Assembly (NCBI GenBank): GCA_044892525.1
Contig: CM097885.1
Coordinates: forward strand, 200,260,001 to 200,324,000
Origin: Schmidtea polychroa
Taxonomy: Eukaryota
Reading direction: 5' to 3'
DNA: 64,000 nt
The stretch's first letter is position 1; each line of letters starts with the position of its first letter. The translations under genes were made by a program, and so were the position numbers. This document shows, one piece after another, positions 1-10,144 of this stretch. The notes under the pieces are model-generated. The model saw nothing but the letters and a program-made list of their open reading frames with translations, ran no database searches and was not told the DNA's origin.

Positions 1-533
1 ATTAATTTTATAAAATTTAAATATTTTTTAATTTCTTCAACATCATCTGAAGGATATCCACAAATTAATCTATAAAAATCATTTGTAAATTCAAAGTCTA
101 AATGTATATTATCATAAGCATTTTGTGAATGAATACGTGGTTTATCTTCTGAAGATATATATAAAGTAAAGTTTTGTTTATTAATTGTTATAATCTGATA
201 TCCTTCAGGAGTAATTATAAATGTCGGTTTAATCGAATCAGATAAACCCTCTCGGATTTTAGGATCAATTTTAAGAGGTTTTGCTTCTTCTACACCTGAA
301 AGTTTTCCTTCTATGGCTTTAGTCATTGGACTCCCGTCACTTGGTCCTTCTATAGCTTTAGTCCTTGAACCTTCGGTGATAGCTTCTATGGCTTTAATTA
401 TTGGTTGTTGTTGTTGAGTCATTGCAGTATTTAATGCTAAAGATTGAGAGTGTTGAGTTGTATCTTTTATATTATAGTTATCTTGTTCTGATTGTAATTT
501 TTTTAAAAGTGCCAATCTTTCTTCGAATACCAT
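1..533 (-). CDS. Polinton hypothetical protein, runs off the window start (absent from the ORF track because no stop lies in the window)
   Basis: Manual translation from ATG 533: MVFEERLALLKKLQSEQD...TKAIEG repeats...FYRLICGYPSDDVEEIKKYLNFIKL, open to position 1. Confidence 0.7.
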   Translation of the reverse strand, partial: MVFEERLALLKKLQSEQDNYNIKDTTQHSQSLALNTAMTQQQQPIIKAIEAITEGSRTKAIEGPSDGSPMTKAIEGKLSGVEEAKPLKIDPKIREGLSDSIKPTFIITPEGYQIITINKQNFTLYISSEDKPRIHSQNAYDNIHLDFEFTNDFYRLICGYPSDDVEEIKKYLNFIKL

Positions 534-548
534 TTTTATACCATCAAT

Positions 549-1187
549 TTACCATATTTGACCTTCTTCTTCAGACTCTTCTTCTATTTGACCTTCGGAC
601 TCTTCTTCTTCTATTTGACCTTCGGACTCTTCTTCTTCAGATTCATCAACTTGAAAATATAAACCCTTACCTTTTTTCTGGGGAGTTCCTCCGATTTTAC
701 AAAGACATCCTTTCTTTAAAGATTTACACATTTTTTTAAAATCATCTTTTTCTTTTGAAGATAAAAATTTATCTTTTAAAATTTGACTTTATAAAAAATC
801 ATTTAAGCCTCGACCCTTATATGGATTGAGATATAGACCTCTACCTTTATAAGGATTGAGATATAAACCACTCCCTTTCTTCTTCATTGAATCGATTTCA
901 GTTTGTAGTTTTTCTTTTTCCAGGTCTGTCTTTTGAGATTCTTTAGCTTTTTGAACCGTAGTTGCAATTCCTCCAGCTATACCAACAGCACCTGATAAGC
1001 CTGCAATGATTGCAGGTATTAAGGATATTAGGGGAAGAATACCTCCAGTCTTAGTCGAAGACTCCTTCATTCTCTTCTTAACCTGTTCCTTTACATGTTT
1101 TCCAATAAAGTATTTTTTACCATTAATCACCACTGATTTACTCTTGTTTGAATTTATTAATTCCTTTAAAGATTCTTCAGTTGTCAT
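549..1187 (-). pseudogene. Adenovirus pX/mu-like virion core protein of the Polinton, split by one in-frame TAA at 789-791
   Basis: KTGG|ILPLISLIPAIIAGLSGAVGIA resembles adenoviral pX (GGILPLLIPLIAAAIGAVPGIA); GxGLYLNPY repeats. ORFs 789..1238 and 549..731 share a frame and the 57 nt between them are open (SQILKDKFLSSKEKDDFKK). The likely true ATG is at 1187. Confidence 0.7.
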
Positions 1188-1203
1188 TTTATAATAATAA
1201 AAA

Positions 1204-1986
1204 ATGGATACTTGGAAACCAATTTTAAATAGACACAAGAGTAAATTTAATAATAAATTATTTCCTGATAATTTTAGATTATTAATCGTTGGGTCTTCGG
1301 GATGTGGAAAGAATGTACTTCTTTTGAGAATGTTGCTTGAAGATGGGTTTTTAGATTATAATAATTTAATCTTTTATTCTACAACCATAAATCAACCAGA
1401 ATTACAACTTTTGAAATATGGATTTGAAAATAAATTAACTAAAAAGGCTATAATCGATATTTTTAAAAATCAACATAGATGTTCTGATGAGGTTTTTCAA
1501 CCTTGTGATATGGTCGATTGGTACAAGGAAAAGATTTTAGAATTAGATATTGATAATAAAAGTGATTACATAGACCATTCTGGGATTCAAGTTTTATTCT
1601 CTAATAAACCTGAAGATGTTTTGCATTGCGATTTACTTCCTAAAGATAAAAAGAATCTAGTTATATTCGATGATGTTGTCAATATGAAAAACCAAGAGAT
1701 TCAAAAGAGTTACTTTACACGAGGTCGACATAATAATTGTAATGTTATTTATATTTCTCAAACCTATTATGCTTTGGATAAAAACTCTATAAGAAATAAT
1801 TCCAATTGTTTTATATTTTTTAAATTAGAAAAGCATGATAAGAATATGATTTATAGTGATTTATTTTCAAATGTTGAACCTGATAAGCAAATGTTTGATA
1901 TGTTTGTAGATAATCATTGGAAAGAAAAATATAATTATATTTATTTGGATAGAGAAGAAGGAGAAATATGGAAATTTTTATTTTAA
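1204..1986 (+). CDS. A32/FtsK-like genome-packaging ATPase (Polinton)
   Basis: Walker A GSSGCGKN, Walker B LVIFDD, conserved RGRH...ISQ and IRNN motifs. Walker A has N where T/S is usual. Confidence 0.92.
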   Translation: MDTWKPILNRHKSKFNNKLFPDNFRLLIVGSSGCGKNVLLLRMLLEDGFLDYNNLIFYSTTINQPELQLLKYGFENKLTKKAIIDIFKNQHRCSDEVFQPCDMVDWYKEKILELDIDNKSDYIDHSGIQVLFSNKPEDVLHCDLLPKDKKNLVIFDDVVNMKNQEIQKSYFTRGRHNNCNVIYISQTYYALDKNSIRNNSNCFIFFKLEKHDKNMIYSDLFSNVEPDKQMFDMFVDNHWKEKYNYIYLDREEGEIWKFLF

Positions 1987-3386
1987 AAGCTTGATCTCTG
2001 TAGTTCATTATTATAAAATCTTCCTAATATTTTTTCATTATTTAAATCAATGATGCTATATGTTATTGGAATTGTATAATGTATTTTATTTATAATAAAA
2101 ATTTCATTTGTCCATTTTGCTGTGAATCCTTTTTCAAATTTATTTTTATATTTAAATATTCTTACTCGGTCACCAATTTTAAACTTTGGTTTTTCATTTA
2201 CCACTTTAGCGGTTTCAGGATTCATCAAAGGATTTATAAGTTTTAAAGGATTCAAGGAAGCATTTAAAGGTGTTGATTTTATAGAACTATGTACATCATT
2301 ATTATATTCATTTACAATCTTTTGTAACAATTCATTGTTCCATTTTTGTTTTCCAATAGCCGTAAAATATTTCCACATTTTATTTTTTAATGTTCTATTT
2401 AATCTTTCAACTACGACTGCTTTTCCCTCGTTTTCTGTTGAATATAATTTAATATCATTTTCATTTAAAAACTTTGTAAAAACTTTGTTATAAAATTCTG
2501 TTCCTTTATCACACCATAAATATTTTGGAATTCTTTGATGTTCTTCGAATATATTTTCAAATGCTTCTGTAATAGAATATCCTGTTTTATTTTCTAAACA
2601 CCTTGCAAAAGCAAATCTTGTATATAAATCTATTACTGTTAAAATTATTTTATATTTTTCAGGGTCTGATGATTTGGTTGGCATAAAGACTAAATCAGCG
2701 GACCATAGTTGATCTTTTTCATGTACTTGAACTTTTAAATATTTTTTATTTTTTCTAAATTCATGGTGTAATTCGTTGGCATATTTTATTTGTGATTCTG
2801 CTGGGAATAATAAACTAGTCTTGGATGCACTCTCGAGTTGATTCTCAATCTCTGCTTGTTGAATAATCTTTTTATTAGCAATATCTTTTGCTATTCTAGG
2901 AAGTCCTGCTCCAAAAAAGATTTTACCTTTCATTGCTAATTTTACTAGACCTGCTTGAATCTTTTCTTGGGTTGAAGGATTTTCTATATTATTTAAATCA
3001 TGTATTAAATTAACATCTGCAAGGTGTCTATCCCTAAGGTCTTCAGAATTGTAAGCAATATCATGTTTTAAAGCTGCTTGATCAATTCTATTCACTGGTT
3101 CTTCTCCGGGTTTGGGATTATTATTTTCATCAAGTCTAATGTCTAGACGGGTTCCAGGTCCAGTAAAATTGTGATGGAATAAATGCCTTTCACCTGGATA
3201 TTTTTCAGTTGTAAAGGGTTTTAATATTGAAGATGTTGTTTTTGAAGATTGAAGATCTCCTCCTGAAGTGGGGGATGGCTCTAACCGAGATGTATGTTTT
3301 TTAGTTTTAACATGACTTGCTTTATGATGTTTTCTAACTTGACAATTACAAATTTCACATTTCCAATATGGTTTATTTAGAGACAT
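1983..3386 (-). CDS. Polinton retroviral-type (rve) integrase with N-terminal C2H2 zinc finger and parvovirus-like phospholipase A2 domain
   Basis: DDE core WSADL / WCDKGTEF / VVERLNRTLK; C-terminal FKIGDRVRI...WTNEIF; N-terminal CEIC...H..HVKTKKH and FTGPGT...DQAALKHDIAY. Confidence 0.9.
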   Translation of the reverse strand: MSLNKPYWKCEICNCQVRKHHKASHVKTKKHTSRLEPSPTSGGDLQSSKTTSSILKPFTTEKYPGERHLFHHNFTGPGTRLDIRLDENNNPKPGEEPVNRIDQAALKHDIAYNSEDLRDRHLADVNLIHDLNNIENPSTQEKIQAGLVKLAMKGKIFFGAGLPRIAKDIANKKIIQQAEIENQLESASKTSLLFPAESQIKYANELHHEFRKNKKYLKVQVHEKDQLWSADLVFMPTKSSDPEKYKIILTVIDLYTRFAFARCLENKTGYSITEAFENIFEEHQRIPKYLWCDKGTEFYNKVFTKFLNENDIKLYSTENEGKAVVVERLNRTLKNKMWKYFTAIGKQKWNNELLQKIVNEYNNDVHSSIKSTPLNASLNPLKLINPLMNPETAKVVNEKPKFKIGDRVRIFKYKNKFEKGFTAKWTNEIFIINKIHYTIPITYSIIDLNNEKILGRFYNNELQRSSF

Positions 3387-4688
3387 TTTTTATAGAGATA
3401 TTATCACCTCGGACATTTTCAATTATTGAAATCTTTCCACCGTATAATTTCATTTCTATTTTCTTTTCTTCTAATATTAATGTATATACTTTAGCTTTAA
3501 AATTAGAATCCTTTGTTACATGAAGTGTAACATCACATTATTTATAGCTAGACGATCATCTTGATCTGAAACATTTATACAAAATATAGAATATAAATTT
3601 TTGAAATCTTCTAAACTTAATTGTGGTTTAACTTTGAAATCATAACATGTTTCAATATAATTCAGATAGGGGAATATGTTTTCATTATTTTCAATATTAA
3701 ATTCCATTCTATTTACTGGATAATAAGAACTATTTAATTGAATTTGGATTGATTTTAAATTATCATTTCCAATCTTTTGAATAGACAAGTTGTTATTTTT
3801 TTGGAAAGATGAATCTACTTCTTTGAATCCAATCAGGATATATCTCGGTCAGTATGCTAAATTTGCTACTTTTATAGAGTATGTTGAACCCTCTGTCATA
3901 TTAAATTCACTACAGATTCTATTTAAATAATTTACATTTATAGATTTGTTGGAATTTAATCTTTCAAGGAGTTTGATTTCAGAATGAGGATTTAATGTCC
4001 ATTCAGGTATATGCAATTCAAGTGTTGATAATTTTAATTTAGCTTTTGTATCTACAGCTCCATAGAATATTGTTTTATCATCTTCTTTTCTATTACAGAT
4101 TAATTCTATAAAAACATTATGAAGTACTCGGTTATAGTTTTGAAGGAATCCAAATAAGTGTTTTAATTCAAAATAACCTTCAAATTTTTTAGATTTATAA
4201 AGTTCAACTCTTTTATAATATCCATAATTTATATCTAAACCAAGTTTGGTTAAATCACCTTTATTAGTATCAGGAATCCAACCTGTTAACTCACCACTTT
4301 CATTTTTATAATCACAACCCATTAATATAAAATTTAACATTGTAGAATATATTCCTGGATGTAAAATACTTTCAATTTCTGATGATCCTAGTTTTAATCT
4401 CATGTTACCGAATAAGTTTGGAAAGAAATTGTTTTCTAGAGTTATATCTTTGTTTGCTTCAATTTCTAATTCAATTTTATAATATAATCTTGCATTACAA
4501 ATATCTATTGGGTTTGAGGTTTGAAGGGATTGAAAAACTATATCTCCTCCACGATTTAAGTTTGCAATCGATCCTGACGTAGGGGATATTTTTAAAATAT
4601 CATTTTTCTTGATTTCATGAGTAAATTCTTTATTATAATCAAGATTTAATTTATTTTTCTCTGAAATCTCAAGATTTATATTATTCAT
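3373..4688 (-). pseudogene. Polinton major capsid protein (double jelly-roll), disrupted
   Basis: ORFs 3849..4688 and 3516..3788 are in frame, separated by one TGA in LAY*PRYILIGF. A frameshift near 3535 leads into CDVTLHV...NVSK* ending at 3373, overlapping the integrase ATG. Motifs LENNFFPNLF..MRL.LG..EIE and LNSSYYP...LSLEDFKNLYSIF.INVS resemble Polinton MCPs. Confidence 0.8.
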
Positions 4689-4728
4689 TTTTTTATTTAT
4701 AAATTAGCAAACTGCGCGGCTTGCTGCT

Positions 4729-5014
4729 AGTAGTGTTAGAACTATACACCTGAGCGCACCCTCATCTCTTCCCTTTCCATCACGCTCGGACTGATTGTTT
4801 TGGGTTTTTTCGTTAAAAAATATTAAAACATGTAAAAAAACAACAGTTTTTTTATATTAAAGGGTAATAATTGAGGGGCTTGGAGTTGGACGCTTTGCGG
4901 TATTAAAACATGTAAAAAAACAATAGGTTTTTTATATTAAAGGGTGATAATTGAGGGGCTTGGAGCTGGACGCTTTGCGGTGGGTGTGCTCAGGTGTATA
5001 GTTCTAACACTACT
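4729..5014. repeat. 33-bp inverted repeat pair (4729-4761 / 4982-5014) with AGTAGT/ACTACT ends
   Basis: agtagtgttagaactatacacctgagcgcaccc versus gggtgtgctcaggtgtatagttctaacactact: 32/33 complementary. Confidence 0.95.
4821..4980 (+). repeat. Two tandem 80-bp subterminal repeats
   Basis: 4821-4900 and 4901-4980 are near identical (tattaaaacatg...gacgctttgcgg). Confidence 0.95.
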
Positions 5015-5307
5015 CATGTAAAGTTGAGTATATTTTTGCAGTTGCAATTTCCTTAGCTTTTACCCTAATGGCAATTGTTGAAACACCTATATTTATATTC
5101 CTGGTGTTAAACACCCAATCCTTAAGCTTATTTTTTAATTCAGGTCAGTGCTTAACCCTTTCTCTTCATGTACACTTGCTTCAACCTCTTGAAGTTTCTG
5201 ATGAATTTTTCATTGACCTCATATTGGAAACTTGCCGCCCTATTACCATGCTTCTCTGCATTTACAATAATCTTCCTTTCTATGGAATAAAATCTCCTTC
5301 GGGTCAT
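5015..5307 (-). pseudogene. pogo/Tigger-like transposase N-terminus (HTH/CENP-B), interrupted by the Polinton
   Basis: MTRRRFYSIE..IIVNAEKHGNRAAS...*PELKNKLKDWV...IRVKAKEIA, with frameshifts and stops; cut off at the Polinton end. Confidence 0.7.
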
Positions 5308-6063
5308 ATTTAGGTTGAGTTCCTATGAAAATAATGTATTTATTTGATGTTTAAGATTTATATTGTTAGATCCAATTCCAGTTATTCCATACCCTTGCAA
5401 TATTCTCTTCTTAAATTTTGATGTCTTTATAGTGGTTTAGTATCATGAAGAGTAAAATCCTTATCAAATTTTGCAACGATTCATCAGGTTTTGACGAGGT
5501 TCAGGCTGAGGATTTACAAAAGAAAGATTATTTTTTTAAATTGTTGGATAATTACGAAACGTTGTGCAATAGTGTATTTTGCCATAGTGAATTGTCACAT
5601 TATACTAAAAACAAATGAGAACTAGTGATAAAGGATGGAAGACGCTTTTAGTTTAATTGCTTCTAACAAGGTGACTATCGCAATAGATCGCTTACTACGT
5701 AAGAAGAATAAAAAGTCCTTAGACTCATGCAGAAATGAAATTAATGTATCCATGAAATTTTAAACAGAAAATAAAGAAATTATTAATAATTCTTAATTGT
5801 GGCATCATCAATGGATAAATCTGAAAAGGATAAAAATCCTGAAGATCTTATATACAATAAGGTTGATTGTGATAAAGGTGGAGATTCCACAGACAATTAT
5901 ACTGATGAAGTTCCAAAGGATATTTACAATAAGTCTTTAGAAAATAATTTCTGATAAGAAATAATTGAAATTCATCAAAATCATTAGCAGTTGAACTCTA
6001 TTTTTATTATTAAAAAGTTTAAAAAAATAATTTTGTGTCACATTGCAAAGATAATGTTTATTA

Positions 6064-6143
6064 ATACTCACGAATTTTCGGCACTGCCTTTTTCAAGTGA
6101 ATTTTCCAGTGAAAAAAAGGCAGTGCCGAAAATATGTGAGTAT
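6064..6143. repeat. Fold-back (palindromic) MITE-like repeat; related copies at about 20140-20245 and 29720-29778
   Basis: 30-bp arms 6064-6093 / 6114-6143 (28/30). The flanking cagtaaatatatcgatgtt / aacatcgatatatttactg-type arms are shared with the other copies. Confidence 0.75.
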
Positions 6144-6349
6144 CAAAAAACATCAATATATTACTGATTTATAGTCTTCAAGCTCTCTTTTTAATAAATT
6201 CAATGGAAAAAATAATCAGTGGTAAAATTGGAAAAAAGTTCTTATAATTATATTTATTTATATTTTTTTATTTATATAATATATTTATGTATTAACAGAC
6301 TAAACTTAAATTCCCTAACTGAAGTATTAAAGTTGATAAGAAAACCAAA

Positions 6350-7362
6350 ATAAATGTATATATAAAAGGAAGGCATAACAAATATTGGTAAAATCAATAA
6401 AAGTGCAAAATTAATTAAAACTTGCTCAAAATCAATATTGAACGCAAATTGATAGACGAGTTCAGGAATTATAATGAAAGTTTAATAAGGAGTTCACAGA
6501 GAATGTGAAAAAACAAATTAATTAAAATGGATTAATCTGTAATGTAAAGCCCGAGCTCATGGGAAACCCGAGGAATAGGTAGACCTGATCGATCATATAA
6601 GAGAGGGAATATGTCGAGCACCAATCTAGGATAAACAAATTAAAATAATTTGGAAACTTTCAAATGTTCACCTAGGATTCCCGGGAAATAATTAATTGAA
6701 ATTCGGTAGATAATTGCCTTCTCAGAAACAGTATAAAAAGAGAGCTCAGAAACAGACAAGCCGCCATTTGGTCGAACAAACAAAGGGAAGCTCACAGAAT
6801 CAGTCGGTCAGTGATCACAAAAAGAAATATAGTAATTTGAAAAAAGTTTAATCCTCGTACGAGAAAAGTTGATTACCACTTGAGCAACGTTCCCTCTAAG
6901 CTGCGCGCGTGCGCGCGCGCAGCAAAATTATTTTCAGCGCAGTATATTAAATTCAACCGTTTCATGGCAGTTGTTCCTAGTAAAAAGCACACGGAAATTG
7001 TCGATGTAAATGGACCACCAGCAGCAAAGACCGGTTATCTACTTAGTTTTCAACATAGTCGCTACAGTTATAGAATACAGTGTCGTTTTAACTCTTACAA
7101 CCACGTTATAGCATTTTGACGCTCATTTGTATTTAAAGGCTGCTCAGTGCAGCTGACTTTGCGCGCACTGCTGCTTATGGCTTAGAGGGAACATTGCACT
7201 TGAGTTATCTACCTTATCGAGTGATAATTATATGGAGCGAAAAGTGGAAATATAGTGACAAATTATAATTTGAGTGAAATTGAATAAAGTTATTCTGTGT
7301 TTGGTTTCAATAAGAACGCGAGGAGTCAGAAAGAGAACCGACTAGAAAAATAAAACCCAACA
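6350..7362 (+). mobile_element. Gypsy solo-LTR-like repeat (copy 1), interrupted by a hAT MITE
   Basis: Clearly similar to 14423-15079 (tatataaaaggaaggcataac... to ...aaaac(c/a)caaca); TATA and AATAAA present; 5' boundary uncertain. Confidence 0.6.
6885..7196. mobile_element. hAT non-autonomous element (MITE)
   Basis: TIRs caacgttccctctaagc / gcttagagggaacattg; perfect 8-bp TSD cacttgag (6877-6884, 7197-7204). Confidence 0.93.
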
Positions 7363-7989
7363 ATATTTTTTTATGATTTTCAATTTCTTTTATTTTCATT
7401 TCAGACTTTTAAAGTCTTGATATATAGTTTGAAACGAAGTCAAAAGAAATTGAAATAGAAAATTTTACAATGATATATGAAGTGAATAAAAGATTTTACT
7501 GATGTAATTAGTTGATTAAATTTTTTATTAAATTTTTTATTAAATTTTTTATATTAAACAAGTGATGACCTTTAATTTTTCTAAGAAAATTATTTGGTGC
7601 CAGTATCCATGGAATTTCTGCTAGTGTGTAAGTCTGTGAGGATCATTTAACCCCTTAAGCTAAGTTGTAACGGATTAAAGTGAGAATTCATTATCAAATT
7701 TTGCATACAATCTTACAAATTATAAGAATTCATTTTGAATAATTTATTAGATTATTAACTTAAATTTTGAAAAATTAAAATAATGAAATAATTTTCAAAA
7801 ATCAATTATTTAGAAAATTAAAATATTGATTTTACAAGCTCTCCATCTGCTATTGGCAGTGGCTGCCTCATGCAGATCCTACGAGATTTCCCATGACAGG
7901 CCGTCGAAATTTCTCACTGAAATTTGTAAGAAAATGATAAAAGCAACAAAATGCGAGAAGAGTTTCTATGAAAAAACCTATCAACTTTT

Positions 7990-8660
7990 GACAAATGATA
8001 AATAATATAATTTTTCAAATAGTCGATAATAACAAATCCAAGTTTCCTAGTTGGTGTTGTTGGTTGATAAAAACAAAATTAAAATGAAATATTCTAGCCC
8101 TTATCATCATAGCACTAGTGGTTTAATAGAAAGACAGTTTAAAACGATCAGCGATGTTATATATCTATAAAATTATAAGATAAGAAATAGTTCAAAAAAT
8201 ATATTCCAATAAATAAGTATTATTGAAACAATTATTGAAACAATTAAAATTATGTTAATTTTAAATTCTTTACAATAAAAATTTTTTTAATTACAATATA
8301 TGAATTAAATATTATTTTAATCCATATAACAAGCGACCATCTAAATGTGTCGATAAATGACGAATTAAAACAAAAGATTGCATAGAATTACTACCTGGAA
8401 AAGAATTTACAGTGAATAAGTACAATTCAGAAAACAATCGTGAGAAGTAAAAAAAATGATATAAAAATGAGAATAAAACACAAAGAATTTAAGGCTGCAA
8501 ATAAAGTTTTGGTTAAAATTACTGTTAGATCTAAGATAAAAATGATATACAGGACCGTTCAAAATTACAAAAAAAAGGTACAATAGAAGTTATGGATTGA
8601 GAGACTGATCAGGAAAAACCATTATTAAAAATATTGAAAGGCTTAAAGCTTTTAAAGAAG
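7990..8660 (+). pseudogene. Highly decayed gypsy integrase relic
   Basis: Fragments translate as YSSPYHHSTSGLIERQFKTI and GPFKI. Confidence 0.55.
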
Positions 8661-8680
8661 AGATATGCGAGGATGACATT

Positions 8681-10144
8681 CAGGGGCGGCTCATGAAATT
8701 TTGTCCAAGCCGAGCGCTCTAGTGAAACTTTTATGAAGCGCCTACCTTAAAGAATGTCAACTGAAACATTACGTTTTAATCATTTCAATTTCTTAATTCA
8801 ACGCGTAGGTATTTCATGATAAATTTTTCATAGATTGAAATAAAAAATTTTTCCAATTCTAAATATAAAATTTTTTTAATACATAAACAATAATACAAAT
8901 AATAAAGGAGTGACATTGTGGAAGAGAGAAATTAAAGATATCACTATAATTTTCATTAAAAATCCACTTTTCTTGCCTTCATTTTCGCAAAATCTTTCAC
9001 TGTTTAAAATTTTTTGTTCAATTGATAAGGAAGCCAATGCATTAAATCGATCCTTTGTCATTGTTGCTTGAATATAACTTTTTATAAAATTTTTGCTTCG
9101 AAAAGCTCCTTTCAGCACTACCTACTGAAACTGGAGAAGTTAATAGAATCCGGAGCTCTATGAATTCATTTCGATAACAGTCGGTCAACTGCTTCTCACA
9201 AATATATTCTAGAGCTTTCTGTGGAGTTATACTTATGTCACTTTCAAAATGGGTACATAATGATTTCAATTCTATGAATAAATCATTACCATAAATATCT
9301 TTGGAATCTACATGTCTTAATGCAGCTTCTAGCTTCATACATGTTTTTACCGTCAGATCAGATTTTTCATATTTTACATCTTTCATATTGTATATAACAC
9401 CAAATACAGACTCAAGATGTTCCATTTGATGGGATCGTTCTTCAATCGAATTAATTGGTGCATCTAGAATTGTGAAATAAAATTCAATTTTGAAATTCTC
9501 GCAAGGATCAATAATCTGATCATCAGCACCTTCATAAGCGAAAAGCTTTTTCTTGCATCGTGTACTGAGCGGTTCTGATTCAAATTCATACGGAAAATCA
9601 TTTTCTTTTGCTAGCTCTACGCAATCAATAAGGAGACTATTGAAACTTGAATCCGTTCTTAAATTATGTAAATATTTTCTGATGTGATTTAATTATTGAA
9701 GAGCAGATTGATTTTTAGCATTTTATTTTGAAGCATCTTACTGGTAATGTTTATTTCAAATCAAATGTTATGCAATGTTATCGGTTGAACGATAAATAAT
9801 GCTCGTATTGAAGTTCCTGTTGTTCCATTATCTGAGATGGCATCATATATTTCCATTAAAGTATCATATGAATGGCCCAGTTCAAAACGCAGAGCAGTCA
9901 AAGCATCACTGCGACTCGCCCATCTTGGGTTGCCCAGTGGTTTTAAATTCAATGCATGAACGTGCCCTTTGATTACTTCCCACCTTTTAGTGGAAATGAA
10001 GAAACACCCGAAAACATGTTGTAATAGGCTTCATTGACTACCAAGTTTAAGGAATGTGCATTGCATGGCACAAAGAAAGCTCTCGAATTCAGGTTAAAGA
10101 TTCTTTTTTGCCCACCGCTATCTTTTCCTTTCATATTACTATCA
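8681..10144 (-). mobile_element. hAT (Tip100-like) transposase 3' half plus terminus, decayed
   Basis: SNMKGKDSG...VPCNAHSLNLVV, LKPLGNPRWASR, SPVSVGSAERSFS...ATMTKDRFNALASLSIE (hAT dimerisation domain); TIR-like CAGGGGCGGC at 8681. Confidence 0.8.

Larger units (their letters stand above)
1..5014. mobile_element. Polinton/Maverick (adintovirus-like) endogenous dsDNA virus, right-hand part, decaying; continues left of the window
   Basis: Compact cluster of A32-like ATPase, rve integrase, capsid-like and pX-like ORFs. Ends in ...ACACTACT at 5014 (AGTAGT/ACTACT termini are typical of Polintons), directly abutting an interrupted pogo ORF. Confidence 0.93.

Noticed and set aside
549-3851. Alternative genetic code explaining the in-frame stops in Polinton genes
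   Set aside because: Both TAA and TGA are involved, a frameshift co-occurs, and TAA terminates neighbouring genes normally; decay is the simpler explanation.
4729-5014. Independent mini-Polinton insertion at this site
   Set aside because: No 6-bp TSD around the 286-bp unit; kept only as an alternative explanation.
5470-5500. CTGATGA hammerhead core on the minus strand
   Set aside because: No helix II or GAAA follows.
6880-7119. 79-aa ORF as a gene
   Set aside because: It lies almost entirely within a TSD-flanked hAT MITE and has no motif.
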